From NCBI GenBank assembly GCA_963796105.1, contig CAWCKJ010000002.1:288001-352000 (forward strand): 64,000 bases of DNA, written 5' to 3'. Below, in pieces: positions 33,001 to 42,789 of the stretch. The notes below the pieces were generated by a model that made no database searches, was not told the DNA's origin, and worked only from the letters and a program-made list of their open reading frames with translations. The first letter of the stretch is position 1. Each line of letters begins with the position of its first letter. This DNA comes from a candidate division FCPU426 bacterium (GTDB taxonomy: Bacteria > Oederibacteriota > Muellerivitia > Muellerivitales > Muellerivitaceae). Both the position numbers and the translations under genes were made by a program.

Positions 33001-35050
33001 ACCTACTCCAACTAGGACTTCGACTCTAACGCCAACAAATACTCCTACGTCTACCCCAACTCAGACGAGCACTTCAACACCCACTCAAACGAGAACCTCG
33101 ACACCTACATCCACCAATACACCTTCACCGACACCAACCGCCACTCCAACTGCTACTTCCACACCTTCCCCGACTAAAACATTGACCTCGACACCCACCA
33201 ATACCGCTACCTCCACTCCGACCCTGACCAATACTCCAACACCCACAGCGACGAGAACCCCGACACCAACTACTACCAATACCCCATCGGTTACACCCAC
33301 CCCTACGACAACACCTACTCCAACAAGTACTCCCACATCCACCAATTCACCAACAGGGACTCAATCGCCCACCAGTACACCCACTAACACCCCAACCAAG
33401 ACTCAGACTCCGACTTCCACGAATACGTCAACGAATACCTCGACACCCAGTATGACTAATACTCTTACGAGGACACCGACTCCTACCTCTACCCTAACTC
33501 CGACGACGACATACACGCTGACACCCACGATTACTAAAACTTTAACCCCGACACCTACATCGACTTGGACTACAACCTCAACGGTAACTAATACGACTAC
33601 GCCCACATATACAACAACGCTTACCTTAACCAATACTCCTACCAGGACTTCAACTTCTACCTTCACATCGACTACGACATTCACGCCCACTCTCACGAAC
33701 TCATCTACATCCTCCCTGACACCCACCAATACGCCTACTGCTACCCCAACTCCAACTTTAACCGCCACTCTTACGGCGACATCAACATATACCCCAACCT
33801 GGACACTGACCTCAACACTCACCCATACGCCTTCGTCTACTCCTTCTCCGACCCCAACGCTAACTGTGACCTGGACTTCGACCTTTACGTCCACTAATAC
33901 GCTTACCGCCACTCCGACTCCAACATTCACCTCAACAAAGACTCCAACTCTAACCAATACTTCCACACTCACAAATTCACCAACAGGAACTCAATCGCCC
34001 ACTAACACACCTACTATCACCCTGACCAAGACAATGACGCCCACTCCAAGCTTCACGCCAACTACAACGCCGACTTTCACACCCACAGATACCCCCACGA
34101 GGTCCTTCACCCCCACCCCGACACAGACTCCTACGAATACTTCAACAAATACACCGACCAATACCACCACGTCGACACCCACGAACACGTCCGCTTTCAC
34201 CCCTCCTGAGACATTGACGCCTTCTCCAACTCCCACGCCCACCCAAACTTCCACTTGGACAACAACCCCAACGCCTTCTCCGACACATACTTTTACTCTG
34301 ACTTTCACTGAAACGCCGACCCTGTCTCCCACGTCCACAAATTCACCCACAAGAACACCTACTTCCACGTCAACGCCTACAACCACCTCGACGATCACAT
34401 CCACTTCCACCAATACGCCAACTGGGACACAGCCACCCACCAACACGCCAACTATCACTCCAACCTTAACAATAACTCCTACTCCAACCTTCACACCAAC
34501 ATTAACGCCGACCATCACTCCTACGGATACCCCCACGAGAGCATTCACGCCTACGCCCACTATGACGAACACCACAACGTCAACACCCACAAATACGCCG
34601 ACTATAACCATGACATCCACAACCACGAACACACACTCGGGAACACCTACATTCACACCGACGCCAACTCCTACCGCTACCTCGTCATCAACGCCCATCT
34701 ACACCTTTACTGGTACAAATTCATTTACCTTAACCTCAACCATCACCTTGACCTTGGTCGGGAACGGAGTAGCAATTGGGATGCCCTATCCCAATCCCAG
34801 TGGCCCGGGCCCAGTGACCATCCAGCTAAAAGCACCTATTGGAACCACGGTTGAATGGAGTGTCTTCACAACTGCATTCAGAAAGATTTTGGAAGAGAAA
34901 CAATCCATCACAGGCATTAGAGCCGCTCTTGTTTGGAATCTGAAAGACGCTTGGGGAAAACCTGCGGCGGATGGCCTTTATTACCTTAGAATCCTTGTGG
35001 CAGGTCCTGTTAAAACCACCAAAATTCTGAAAATACTGGTTAACCGTTAG
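30011..35050 (+). CDS. GH9 glycoside hydrolase with very long Thr/Pro linker and C-terminal Ig-like sorting-type domain
   Basis: N-terminal Ig domain, [29 protein letters not shown]-terminal catalytic VNE; ends [21 protein letters not shown]. Confidence 0.9.
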   Translation: MIFFKSDLKRNLLGLMGFILALTSQTATAASILGHIKIDNFGYRTADQKIAYFTANPGASVGVYNAATSTLAYTTTTITSKGTDPTSPQISGDTLWWVDFSAFTTAGQYYLYSSTLTEQSYNFTILDSVYQAPMSSTLKAIYYQRCGCTHPAAYAGTNWSDAATCHASDATCAPASGCTFPNAYGTLNLMGGWHDAGDYNKYIGSTPSGACANWGGDSGEALWDFLTAYEWNPTLFASITSNIPESGNGIPDILNEAKWELDWYLKMQMTDNHILSVVHAPGGGGSSPPSADTTARNYYPPNPAGEAQFVAIMSHAARVMSGVSGLASYATTLRTAAEKTWNSFVATAAASDQRFWAAAEIFRMEEALGGPASITSAAQSIVDNYKAWNGFWLNEDLFQQNWGMLTYMQAANATASVVTYMKADWGTLINDLFGQNDYYNSGMHSYDYFWGADEVKMNYGMQLVWATKLGGTAMGTYTSAQCIQHAEDFLHYMNGSNPINMTLMTNAAAIGASHGVWRIYHQWFGNYSVTSSYNNFIGKPASVVDPLYPYYTGTDNFGISDSGPSSFGPPPGIVPDGPSHGYAADNGTAQPPMLAGNAEPPYEKEYRDWDWVDPNGNQSVPWVVNETGLYYTGSYMTLASFFVTSTSSTPTSTPTLTKTSSPTFTNSPTLTRTLTSTLTPSNTSTRTATPTPTITSTRTPTPTYTNTLSPTLTSTVTPTKTSTLTPTNTPTSTPTQTSTSTPTQTRTSTPTTTNTPSPTPTPTATSTVTSTPTPTRTSTLTPTNTPTSTPTQTRTSTPTQTRTSTPTTTNTPSPTPTPTVISTATSTPTPTRTVTSTPTNTPSPTPTPTATLTATSTPSPTKTLTSTSTNTATSTPTLTNTPTPTPTRTPTPTSTNTPSPTPTSTLTATSTPTPTRTMTSTPTTTNTPSPTPTPTATSTVTSTPTPTRTSTLTPTNTPTSTPTQTSTSTPTQTRTSTPTTTNTPSPTPSATSTATSTPTPTRTSTLTPTNTPTSTPTQTSTSTPTQTRTSTPTSTNTPSPTPTATPTATSTPSPTKTLTSTPTNTATSTPTLTNTPTPTATRTPTPTTTNTPSVTPTPTTTPTPTSTPTSTNSPTGTQSPTSTPTNTPTKTQTPTSTNTSTNTSTPSMTNTLTRTPTPTSTLTPTTTYTLTPTITKTLTPTPTSTWTTTSTVTNTTTPTYTTTLTLTNTPTRTSTSTFTSTTTFTPTLTNSSTSSLTPTNTPTATPTPTLTATLTATSTYTPTWTLTSTLTHTPSSTPSPTPTLTVTWTSTFTSTNTLTATPTPTFTSTKTPTLTNTSTLTNSPTGTQSPTNTPTITLTKTMTPTPSFTPTTTPTFTPTDTPTRSFTPTPTQTPTNTSTNTPTNTTTSTPTNTSAFTPPETLTPSPTPTPTQTSTWTTTPTPSPTHTFTLTFTETPTLSPTSTNSPTRTPTSTSTPTTTSTITSTSTNTPTGTQPPTNTPTITPTLTITPTPTFTPTLTPTITPTDTPTRAFTPTPTMTNTTTSTPTNTPTITMTSTTTNTHSGTPTFTPTPTPTATSSSTPIYTFTGTNSFTLTSTITLTLVGNGVAIGMPYPNPSGPGPVTIQLKAPIGTTVEWSVFTTAFRKILEEKQSITGIRAALVWNLKDAWGKPAADGLYYLRILVAGPVKTTKILKILVNR
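31936..34755 (+). repeat. Intragenic low-complexity Thr/Pro/Ser repeat with duplicated DNA blocks
   Basis: Block GACTTCGACTCTAACGCCAACAAATACTCCTAC recurs near 32170, 32338, 32853 and 33016. Confidence 0.9.
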
Positions 35051-35156
35051 GGGAAATTTCGGCGCCTGCTACAATGCGAATGAATTGATGATCTCAATGA
35101 ATACCCAGAACCCTCATATGGAAAAATAAGTTTTAATGTTTTTAAAAGGAGAACAA

Positions 35157-36095
35157 ATGCCGAAAACCAATAAGAAATTTCTGGGATTGTTGATCCTGCC
35201 GCTTTTCCTGTTCCTATCAACAGAAGCTTTCTCCGACAGCGCCTCAAGCCGGATTCTCTCGGACGCGCAAAAGGCTTACGCGGCCAAGGATTACGGGAAG
35301 GCGGCGCGGCTTTACCAGGAGGTGGTCCAAGGCGATCCGGCGAACGCAGTGGCGTTCGAAGCCCTGGGAAACTGCGAATACGCATTGGGACATAAAGCCG
35401 AAGCCCTCACAGCCTATAACAACTCGCTCGTGATCAATCCTTACAACGCGCAACTCGCATCCTTCGCCGAGAAACTCAGAATGCAAATCAAAGATTCCCA
35501 ACCCGCCGCCGAGTCCCCGACTCCGGCTCTCACTCCCATAGCTCCCGTCGAACACATCTGGAAAAAGGGAAGCGGATACGATTACATAGGACCCGAGTAT
35601 GACTTGAGCGCCGGTCCCGTATTCGGCCTGGGCGGAACGGGTATAGGACTCGATCAAACCTATTATTTCACCAATGGGGGCATGTTTGCCCTGGGGGGCG
35701 CGGCGAATGTTTACATTTTCGGCCTTAACTCACCCAACCTCACCTATTTCGGGGAAGGTCTTCTTCAGCTCCGGGTGACCTTTGGGGACGGGGTGGCCAG
35801 GCCCTTCCTCCTCGTGGGGGGCGGCCTTAACGCCATCGACAGCGCGAACGCCTTCTCCAGCGCGGGTTCTTACGATTCTTTTTCCTTTGTGGTTGATCCC
35901 ATGTTGGTCGCGGGAGCGGGAGTGCTTTTCTCGGTCAGCGAGTACTTCCGGCTTTTCCTACAGGCGAAAGCATCCATCACGTTCTTAAGCGGCGTCAACA
36001 CGACCCTTTCCTCGGTTGGTTATACCCAAACTCCTTCCAGCGGCGGGACATTGACTTACTATCCGGTTCTTTTCGGTTTCGCGGTTTATTTTTAA
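35157..36095 (+). CDS. Secreted TPR protein with C-terminal beta-barrel
   Basis: Signal peptide, TPRs, beta strands ending FGFAVYF; same architecture as 2425-3546. Confidence 0.7.
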   Translation: MPKTNKKFLGLLILPLFLFLSTEAFSDSASSRILSDAQKAYAAKDYGKAARLYQEVVQGDPANAVAFEALGNCEYALGHKAEALTAYNNSLVINPYNAQLASFAEKLRMQIKDSQPAAESPTPALTPIAPVEHIWKKGSGYDYIGPEYDLSAGPVFGLGGTGIGLDQTYYFTNGGMFALGGAANVYIFGLNSPNLTYFGEGLLQLRVTFGDGVARPFLLVGGGLNAIDSANAFSSAGSYDSFSFVVDPMLVAGAGVLFSVSEYFRLFLQAKASITFLSGVNTTLSSVGYTQTPSSGGTLTYYPVLFGFAVYF

Positions 36096-36193
36096 CCGCC
36101 AGATCCTGAATCTGAGGGCTCTCCTAAGCGGCAAATAAAAAAGCACAACCCCTATCAGAGCTGGGTTTTTATTTAGGAAATTGCCTGCGAGCC

Positions 36194-36985
36194 TTAATAA
36201 ACAGCCTGGCGTTCGTTCATGAACAAGGTGAAGGATGACGCGCCGCATCCGGGGAATGAACCTTGGTTCAGCTGGATGATTTGCAGGAAAATCGCGTCCA
36301 GGCCATCGCCTGGCGTCTCATTGCTGAAAGCGGCGCCTGGTACGATATAAGGGTCGTCTGGGATCGGCGACCCGACATTCCACAAGACATTATCTTTTCC
36401 TTTTTCCCCGACGATAATCAGGCTCGCGTTCCCGAAGTTTTTGTTCCAAGAACAGGTCACTCCCAAGGACCCGGTTGTGATTACCGGGTCCGCGGTGATG
36501 GCTGTGACCGTCGAGGCGTAGGAAGCCCCGCCAAAGTTCACGTTGAAGGTGTAGCTCTTTCCAAACGCGATATCCATACTGTTTTGGTAGATCCCGCCGG
36601 TGATCTGCGTGACTCCGTATAAGCTGGCGGCACCGTTCATGCAAGGCTCAACTCCCTTGCAGGTTAAGGGCGATGAATTACTGTTGCCGGAAAGTGTGAC
36701 GGAGGCGTCGGTCACCGGGCCGCCTTGGCTATCGGCGATATACAAGGTGCTGACTCCGAGTATCCCTTGAGGCAAGTCCACCGCCATTAGGACCGCCTGG
36801 ATGACCGGGCCGTTGCTTTGGTTGACCGGTGTAACCGATGGAACCGCTGTTGTTGGAGTCGTCATGGCTGTAACGGCAGGTGTGGAATCAGAAGGGGATG
36901 AGGCCGCGCTTTTGAAAGTGAACTGTAGGGTCATGAACAAAAAAATCAGAATTGTCGAAACCAGTATGATTGGTTTTTTTTTCAT
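36194..36985 (-). CDS. Secreted hypothetical beta-rich protein
   Basis: Signal peptide, S/T/P linker; weak similarity to 62337-63083. Confidence 0.6.
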   Translation of the reverse strand: MKKKPIILVSTILIFLFMTLQFTFKSAASSPSDSTPAVTAMTTPTTAVPSVTPVNQSNGPVIQAVLMAVDLPQGILGVSTLYIADSQGGPVTDASVTLSGNSNSSPLTCKGVEPCMNGAASLYGVTQITGGIYQNSMDIAFGKSYTFNVNFGGASYASTVTAITADPVITTGSLGVTCSWNKNFGNASLIIVGEKGKDNVLWNVGSPIPDDPYIVPGAAFSNETPGDGLDAIFLQIIQLNQGSFPGCGASSFTLFMNERQAVY

Positions 36986-37075
36986 AATAACCCCGGTAAA
37001 AATTGGACTTTCCCAAATTCTGTGCGAACCTATTAAATCACATTATTACCGCTCCATCCACATGAAGGAGGCCTT

Positions 37076-37675
37076 ATGCGCGTATCCATTATCCTGGGTC
37101 ATCCCAATCCTGACAGCTTCAACCACGCTTTGGCGGTGGAAGTCCGGGAACAATTGTTGAAACTAGGACATCAAGTTCATTTCCATGATTTGTCAGAAGA
37201 GGGTTTCGACCCCATTCTGCCCACCGGGGAGTTGGGCCGGGACGCCGTTTTGCCGCCGCTGGTAAAGATGCATTGCGAGGAGATCGCCGCCGCGGACGGC
37301 ATTGTTATCGTCCATCCCAATTGGTGGGGACAACCACCGGCCATCCTGAAGGGCTGGGTGGACCGGGTCTTGAGGCAGGGGATCGCCTATGAGTTCGTGG
37401 CGGGAGATGGGGGAGAGGGAGTGCCCAAGGGGCTTCTCAAAGCCAAGGCCGCGATCGTGCTGAACACAAGCAACACCCCAACCCAGAGGGAGATAGAGTT
37501 TTTCGGCGATCCGCTGGACAACCTTTGGAAAAAGTGTGTTTTCGATTTCTGCGGGGTCAAGAAAGTTCACCGCATTCATTTCAACGTGGTCATTACGAGT
37601 ACGCTTGCGGAACGCCGAAAATGGCTGGCGGAAGCAGCTGCCCTGGCGTCAAAAGTATTCCCGGAAGAAGGTTAG
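37076..37675 (+). CDS. NAD(P)H dehydrogenase (quinone), flavodoxin-2 family
   Basis: ILGHPNPDSFNHA, HPNWWGQPPAILKGWVDRV. Confidence 0.9.
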   Translation: MRVSIILGHPNPDSFNHALAVEVREQLLKLGHQVHFHDLSEEGFDPILPTGELGRDAVLPPLVKMHCEEIAAADGIVIVHPNWWGQPPAILKGWVDRVLRQGIAYEFVAGDGGEGVPKGLLKAKAAIVLNTSNTPTQREIEFFGDPLDNLWKKCVFDFCGVKKVHRIHFNVVITSTLAERRKWLAEAAALASKVFPEEG

Positions 37676-37705
37676 GTTTCTAACCGCTTGAGGGTTCGAG
37701 GGGTC

Positions 37706-38185
37706 CTATTTTTCCGAAACGGTCTTGCGAGACTGGCTGATCCACTCTAGCAATTTCTTGCGGTCCTCTTCCTTGAGAGGGGCGCCCAAGCCCAGTTCCT
37801 TTTGGGATTCGGGGGGCATCAGGCTGCGTCGAAGTTTTTTTTCTATTTTACCCAATTGCAATTTCGGGGTCCTATCGTCCGGAAAAGGGAATTGAGTTCC
37901 CATTTCAAACGCTCCTTCGGCCTGCATGATTTCCAAGGCTCTTTTCCGATCCAGCGGCGTGCCGGCATTTACCATGAGCGGATCTGATGCTTTCGGGGCA
38001 TGGCAGGAAAAGCAGCTATTTAGGAAAATCGGCAATATGGTTTTCTCAAAATCAATTTTGGGCGTGGGGTTATCCGCGCATTTGCTTTGGCTCAAGGCGG
38101 ATTGGGTCCAAAGCGCCAGGCCTAAAATGAAGGTAGTCCCCGCGGTTTTCTTGTTTAATCTCATATCAGATCCAATAAATCCCAT
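37706..38185 (-). CDS. Secreted monoheme c-type cytochrome (haem-binding domain)
   Basis: Signal peptide, ILPIFLNSCFSCH (CxxCH), distal MPP motif. Confidence 0.8.
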   Translation of the reverse strand: MGFIGSDMRLNKKTAGTTFILGLALWTQSALSQSKCADNPTPKIDFEKTILPIFLNSCFSCHAPKASDPLMVNAGTPLDRKRALEIMQAEGAFEMGTQFPFPDDRTPKLQLGKIEKKLRRSLMPPESQKELGLGAPLKEEDRKKLLEWISQSRKTVSEK

Positions 38186-38205
38186 TAAGGAATAAACCGA
38201 TAAAC

Positions 38206-38982
38206 TTACAAGCTAAAGGATGTGGCCACCCGAACCTGGTTGCGCTGGCTGTCGGTGAAATCCAGGGAACTGTTTCCGATATTGGCGACTTGTGGCAGAT
38301 AAGTCAAGGCCACCCACCAGTCCTTGCCTGAATACTCCACGATAGGTCCCAGCGAGAAAACCGATCGAAGGGGCTGGTTATCGTAGAAATTCTCGTCCAT
38401 CGACTCGAAACCCAGGAATAAGCGATCGTTGGCGAACACTCCCATGCCGAGGGAGGGTCTGAGCAGGAAACTGCTGTTTGTATCCGTGTAGTCGAATTCC
38501 GATTCACCCAGAAGGTTAAAAGTCCATAAGAAGGAGCCCATTTTTTTATCCACTATGATTTTTGTTTCAAGCTCGAAATCGTCCGGTTTGAATTCCGGCT
38601 CGAAATAGAGGCCTAACCCCACAACGTCGGAAGAGCTGTCGGTTAGTTTGATTTTCCATTCGTTGGAAACGCCGTCCAGGACAGGCCCTCCGCCCAATTG
38701 GGCCCCGGAACCCTGGTTTGCGAATTCTTGGGTGAAATTTAGGTATAGGGAAGTTTGAACCCCGTCGCCTAAGCCTACTTCGAACTCCAAGTTCTGGTCC
38801 ATAGCTGAATAGAAATAGTCTCGACCGAACCTGTAGGTGGTGTAGGTTTCGATCTCTCTTTCGCCTGCCTCCAAAACGGAGCTCTCATAGTTATAGATAA
38901 AGTGCCTGTCGCCAGCCAAAGCCAGTACCGGAAGGAACGATAAACTCAAAACAGCCAGGATTCTTTTACCCGCCTTTAACAT
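38206..38982 (-). CDS. Outer-membrane beta-barrel protein (DUF6662-like)
   Basis: Signal peptide, F.Y.Y....L..GE.EIE N-terminus, EFEVGL.D..QTSLYLN, alternating beta strands. Confidence 0.65.
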   Translation of the reverse strand: MLKAGKRILAVLSLSFLPVLALAGDRHFIYNYESSVLEAGEREIETYTTYRFGRDYFYSAMDQNLEFEVGLGDGVQTSLYLNFTQEFANQGSGAQLGGGPVLDGVSNEWKIKLTDSSSDVVGLGLYFEPEFKPDDFELETKIIVDKKMGSFLWTFNLLGESEFDYTDTNSSFLLRPSLGMGVFANDRLFLGFESMDENFYDNQPLRSVFSLGPIVEYSGKDWWVALTYLPQVANIGNSSLDFTDSQRNQVRVATSFSL

Positions 38983-39054
38983 AGTAATTCCTTTTGAGTG
39001 AATTGATTCTGCAGATAACCCGGCCATGGTGGTGACGAATGGTCAAGCCATATA

Positions 39055-39073
39055 ATTGATAATGATTATCAAT
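39055..39073. promoter_or_regulatory. Fur-family operator
   Basis: Perfect 9-1-9 palindrome ATTGATAAT-G-ATTATCAAT; minus-strand TTGACA at 39085-39090. Confidence 0.8.
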
Positions 39074-39456
39074 CAGATGGCAGTTGTCAAGCCCTCTTTT
39101 CAGTTATATTGCACAGTCCTGTTCGGAAGAAATACTCACAGTCAAGGTTGGGGAAGGAATCGATAAATGAAGATTCCGTGAATCATGAAGGCGCGGCCGG
39201 AAGGGTTGACAAGGATGCGGGAAGGATCAGGAGGGAACATCGCGTCCTGGAATTTCTACAAGCCCAGACTGGTGGAAAAAGTGTAATGGGATAAACTTCC
39301 GGAAAAAGCGCTTCTTCTTTCTTGTTGCCGAAATCCACCAGCATCCATTTAAGTATTTACCATTGAACCCTATGAAGAAGGATGTTGCCGGGGATACAAT
39401 GACTGGAGATTAAAAGCGAATAACCCACATAAGCCCGATGTGAGCGAGGAGAATGT

Positions 39457-40338
39457 ATGAAATTTCAGAACACGAAAATGAGGACGTTTATCATGGGGAC
39501 GCTTGGCGCGCTGCTCATGGCTTGCGTGATCTCTCCTTCGGCCTGCTCCAGGAACGATTCACCCTCTGGCGTCACGAGCGCCTACACGCCCACCAACACT
39601 GTCACGACCACCCCGACCCCCACGGTGACCGCCACCTGGGTACCCGCGGACACGGTCAACACCTGCAATGGCTACGAATCCTTAAACGTGGGAAATTATG
39701 TTATTGAGGCGGATTATTGGAATCCAAGTACCTGTCCTGGAACCCAATGCATGAACATCAATTCCGCCACCGGAGCCTTTTCTGTGACAGAGGCTCCCAT
39801 TTGCGATAATACCGTGGCGACCTATCCCAATGTGCTTTATGGCAATTCCTTCGGGACCGTCAGTCCTGGAACGGTGCTTCCCTTGCAAGTAAGCTCGCTC
39901 AACCACGTGACCAGCAGTTGGAGTTTCAGCGTGGGGGGTGTTTCCACCGACCAATATGACGTGGCATACGACATTTGGTTTTGCCCCACTAACACCTGTA
40001 ATTCCGGATTTCCCTGTAGTGGGACCGAATTGATGATTTGGCTCAACTATAAGAACGTCAACGGCTGGCAAACTTATCAGGGTGCCGTGACTCTCGGAGG
40101 GTACACCTGGGCGGTTTGGTACTCGGGAAGCGGAAGTTGGACCTACCTGGCCTATATGCTTCAGGGGCCTGCAGTCAATAACGTTACTAACCTGGACTTG
40201 AAGGCCTTTTTCACGGATGCCGTGAACCAGGGTTTCATCCAGAACTCCTGGTACATTTACGCGATCCAGGCGGGCGACGAGATCCGTACCGGAGGACTGC
40301 CTTACAACAACAACAGCTTCTCGGTCTCGTTTTATTAA
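39457..40338 (+). CDS. GH12 endoglucanase/xyloglucanase lipoprotein
   Basis: Lipobox PSAC, T/P linker, YPNV, YDVAYDIWF, ELMIWL, IQAGDE catalytic motifs. Confidence 0.9.
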   Translation: MKFQNTKMRTFIMGTLGALLMACVISPSACSRNDSPSGVTSAYTPTNTVTTTPTPTVTATWVPADTVNTCNGYESLNVGNYVIEADYWNPSTCPGTQCMNINSATGAFSVTEAPICDNTVATYPNVLYGNSFGTVSPGTVLPLQVSSLNHVTSSWSFSVGGVSTDQYDVAYDIWFCPTNTCNSGFPCSGTELMIWLNYKNVNGWQTYQGAVTLGGYTWAVWYSGSGSWTYLAYMLQGPAVNNVTNLDLKAFFTDAVNQGFIQNSWYIYAIQAGDEIRTGGLPYNNNSFSVSFY

Positions 40339-40347
40339 GGCAAATGA

Positions 40348-40866
40348 ATGGCAAGTCCGCAAAGTGTAAACCAAATCGAAACCTTGGTATTCAATATTTC
40401 CAAAACCTCCAAAAGGCAGGTCCGGTTTGCCCCCATACTTTTCTTCTCTGTCTCCTTCTTTCAATTCTTTTGGATATGGAGGGTTTACCAAAGAACAGGT
40501 TTCACCCTGAAAGTTGGAATCTCTCTTTTTCTCTGTGTTCTTCTTTTCGCTTTTTTCGTTTACAGTATTTATCACGCGGTCAAGATCCGGCAAGTGCGTT
40601 TCGAGACGGATTCCAAGGGGATTTCCAGGATGGAGGGAAATGGCAAGACCCAAAGGGCCCTTTGGGGTGAAGTGGGAATGATCCTGGAAACCTCAAAAGG
40701 CGGTTCCATTACCCTTTACGACAAGGCTGGCGTAAGGATATTCGTCGTTCCGGTGGTCCTGGATGGGTTCGACAGGCTCAAAAAATTGATTTACGCGAGA
40801 GCCGATTTGAGGAAAGAGCAGTCCAAGCCTCGAGCGGAGATGCCGTCCATGTCCTCCAAACCTTGA
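40348..40866 (+). CDS. Hypothetical membrane protein (2 TM plus PH-like tail)
   Basis: Two TM segments; packed between GH12 and the TMTC-like gene. Confidence 0.6.
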   Translation: MASPQSVNQIETLVFNISKTSKRQVRFAPILFFSVSFFQFFWIWRVYQRTGFTLKVGISLFLCVLLFAFFVYSIYHAVKIRQVRFETDSKGISRMEGNGKTQRALWGEVGMILETSKGGSITLYDKAGVRIFVVPVVLDGFDRLKKLIYARADLRKEQSKPRAEMPSMSSKP

Positions 40867-40867
40867 G

Positions 40868-42652
40868 ATGAATGAAAATCTGAAGGAAACCGCTTTCCGG
40901 AATGGCAAACGCTTATTTTGGGCCGCCCTGTTAATTCCCCCTTTTCTAACGTTTCTGGCTTATCTTTCCTCGCTAAGAAACGGTTTCGTGGACTGGGATG
41001 ACCCTCTTCTGGTCCAAGATAACTCCTTTATTCGTTCCTGGAGTCCGGCCTCGATCCGATGGATGTTCACACCGTTCCTGGCCGATAATTGGATTCCCCT
41101 GACATGGATATCATATTCGGTGGATTATTTTTTCGGACGGTTGAATCCCTGGGTCTACCACATTCATAACCTGCTTCTGCATTGTTTGAACACAGTCCTT
41201 GTGTTTCTCCTGAGCTTAAGGATATTCGGCATGGTTGGAAAGGGAAGTCCAGAAGAGGGAAATGAGGCCCGATCTGGTTGGCCCATGCCTGCGGCATTCC
41301 TAACGGCATTGTTTTTCGGTCTTCACCCCCTTCACGTGGAATCCGTGGCATGGGTCTCGGAACGCAAGGACCTTCTCTGCGGGTTTTTCTTCCTCCTAAG
41401 CCTTCTAAGCTATCTGGAATATTCCGCCGGCGTTTCCGCCAAGAGGGCTTGGCTATACGGAGCTTGCGTGGTGTTTTTCGTCCTGGCTTTGATGGCCAAA
41501 CCCATGGCGGTTTCCCTTCCTTTTATTCTGCTGATTCTGGATGCTTGGCCTTTAAGGCGCATCACGGGTGATATTCCAAAAAGGTTTTTGGAAAAAGTAC
41601 CCTTTTTAGCCATTTCCATTTTGTCAGGTTTGCTAACGATCATGGTCCAGTCAAGGTCGGGGGCCATGACGGCCATTGAAAAATTATCCCTATCCTTTAG
41701 GGTTATGAATGCCTTTCATTCCCTCGCGTTTTATTTATGCAAGATGCTCGTGCCGATGGACTTAACTGCCTTATATCCGGCCTTGTCAAAAGAGAATCCC
41801 TTCAAAGTGGAAAACATGGCCTCGGTATTGTTGGTACTCCTGGCGCTCCTGGCTTGTTTCCTTAACCGAAAAAAGTTTCCTTTTCTTATGGCCGCGTATC
41901 TTTATTACGGGATTACCCTCGCCCCTGTCCTGGGCGTTTTGCAATTCGGCTACCAAGCCTCGGCGGACCGTTATACCTATCTGCCCAGTCTAGCTCCTTT
42001 CATGTTAACGGCGGCTTTGGCCGCGATCGTTCTATCCAATCGAGTTAAATTATTGGGAATCCTGGCCGCAATTCTGGCCCTTGGCTTAGGGGTGGGGACC
42101 TACCGGCAATCCGGGTTTTGGAAAGATTCCGTGTCGCTTTGGGAGAATGTACTGAGGGTCAATCCTGATAACCTGGAAAACGCCTATACGGACCTGGCAG
42201 GCGCTTATGAACGGGCAGGCCGGGTGGATGACTCCTTGAAAACGTATGACCGCGTCCTTGAGAAGAATCCTTCCAATGTTCTTGGCCATAATGGAAGGGG
42301 GATCATCCTTGGGAAAACAGGACATCTTCAGGAGGCTGAGAAGGAATTCAAGATCGCTGCGGACTTGAACCCGCGATTCGACATCCCCCATCTCAATCTC
42401 TGGTACATCGACTACAAGTCGGGAAGGCTCAAGGAATCACTCCAAGAGGCTTTGACGGCGGCCAGGATCAACCCCAATCTCACGAAAACCTATGACATGG
42501 CTGGGTTAAGTTACGAGGCCTTGAAGAGTTATCCGGAAGCAGTCCAAGCCTTCCAAAAAGCATTGTCCCTGGAGCCCAATAACGAGTTGGTTGCCCGGCA
42601 CTTAAGCGCGGCTTATCAGAAAGAGAGCACTTCCAAACCGACGCAGAGGTAA
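40868..42652 (+). CDS. TMTC-like GT-C glycosyltransferase with C-terminal TPRs
   Basis: FVDWDD, W.PLTW, LHPLHVESVAWVSERKD, ADRYTYLP, TPRs. Confidence 0.85.
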   Translation: MNENLKETAFRNGKRLFWAALLIPPFLTFLAYLSSLRNGFVDWDDPLLVQDNSFIRSWSPASIRWMFTPFLADNWIPLTWISYSVDYFFGRLNPWVYHIHNLLLHCLNTVLVFLLSLRIFGMVGKGSPEEGNEARSGWPMPAAFLTALFFGLHPLHVESVAWVSERKDLLCGFFFLLSLLSYLEYSAGVSAKRAWLYGACVVFFVLALMAKPMAVSLPFILLILDAWPLRRITGDIPKRFLEKVPFLAISILSGLLTIMVQSRSGAMTAIEKLSLSFRVMNAFHSLAFYLCKMLVPMDLTALYPALSKENPFKVENMASVLLVLLALLACFLNRKKFPFLMAAYLYYGITLAPVLGVLQFGYQASADRYTYLPSLAPFMLTAALAAIVLSNRVKLLGILAAILALGLGVGTYRQSGFWKDSVSLWENVLRVNPDNLENAYTDLAGAYERAGRVDDSLKTYDRVLEKNPSNVLGHNGRGIILGKTGHLQEAEKEFKIAADLNPRFDIPHLNLWYIDYKSGRLKESLQEALTAARINPNLTKTYDMAGLSYEALKSYPEAVQAFQKALSLEPNNELVARHLSAAYQKESTSKPTQR

Positions 42653-42789
42653 AAACTCCCCCATTTCGCCTATATGCGTTCATTTTCCAATATCCATATT
42701 TCATTATTTTTAGGCACCCCCTTTTTCCTATTTTCTTTTCCCTTTAAGCTATTTGGGATGAAAATCCATCCAATCCATAGGTCGAAAAG

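Noticed and set aside
32407..34698. Val/Gly-rich minus-strand ORFs (also the plus-strand ORF 49470-50006)
   Set aside because: Antisense shadows of Thr/Pro linkers.
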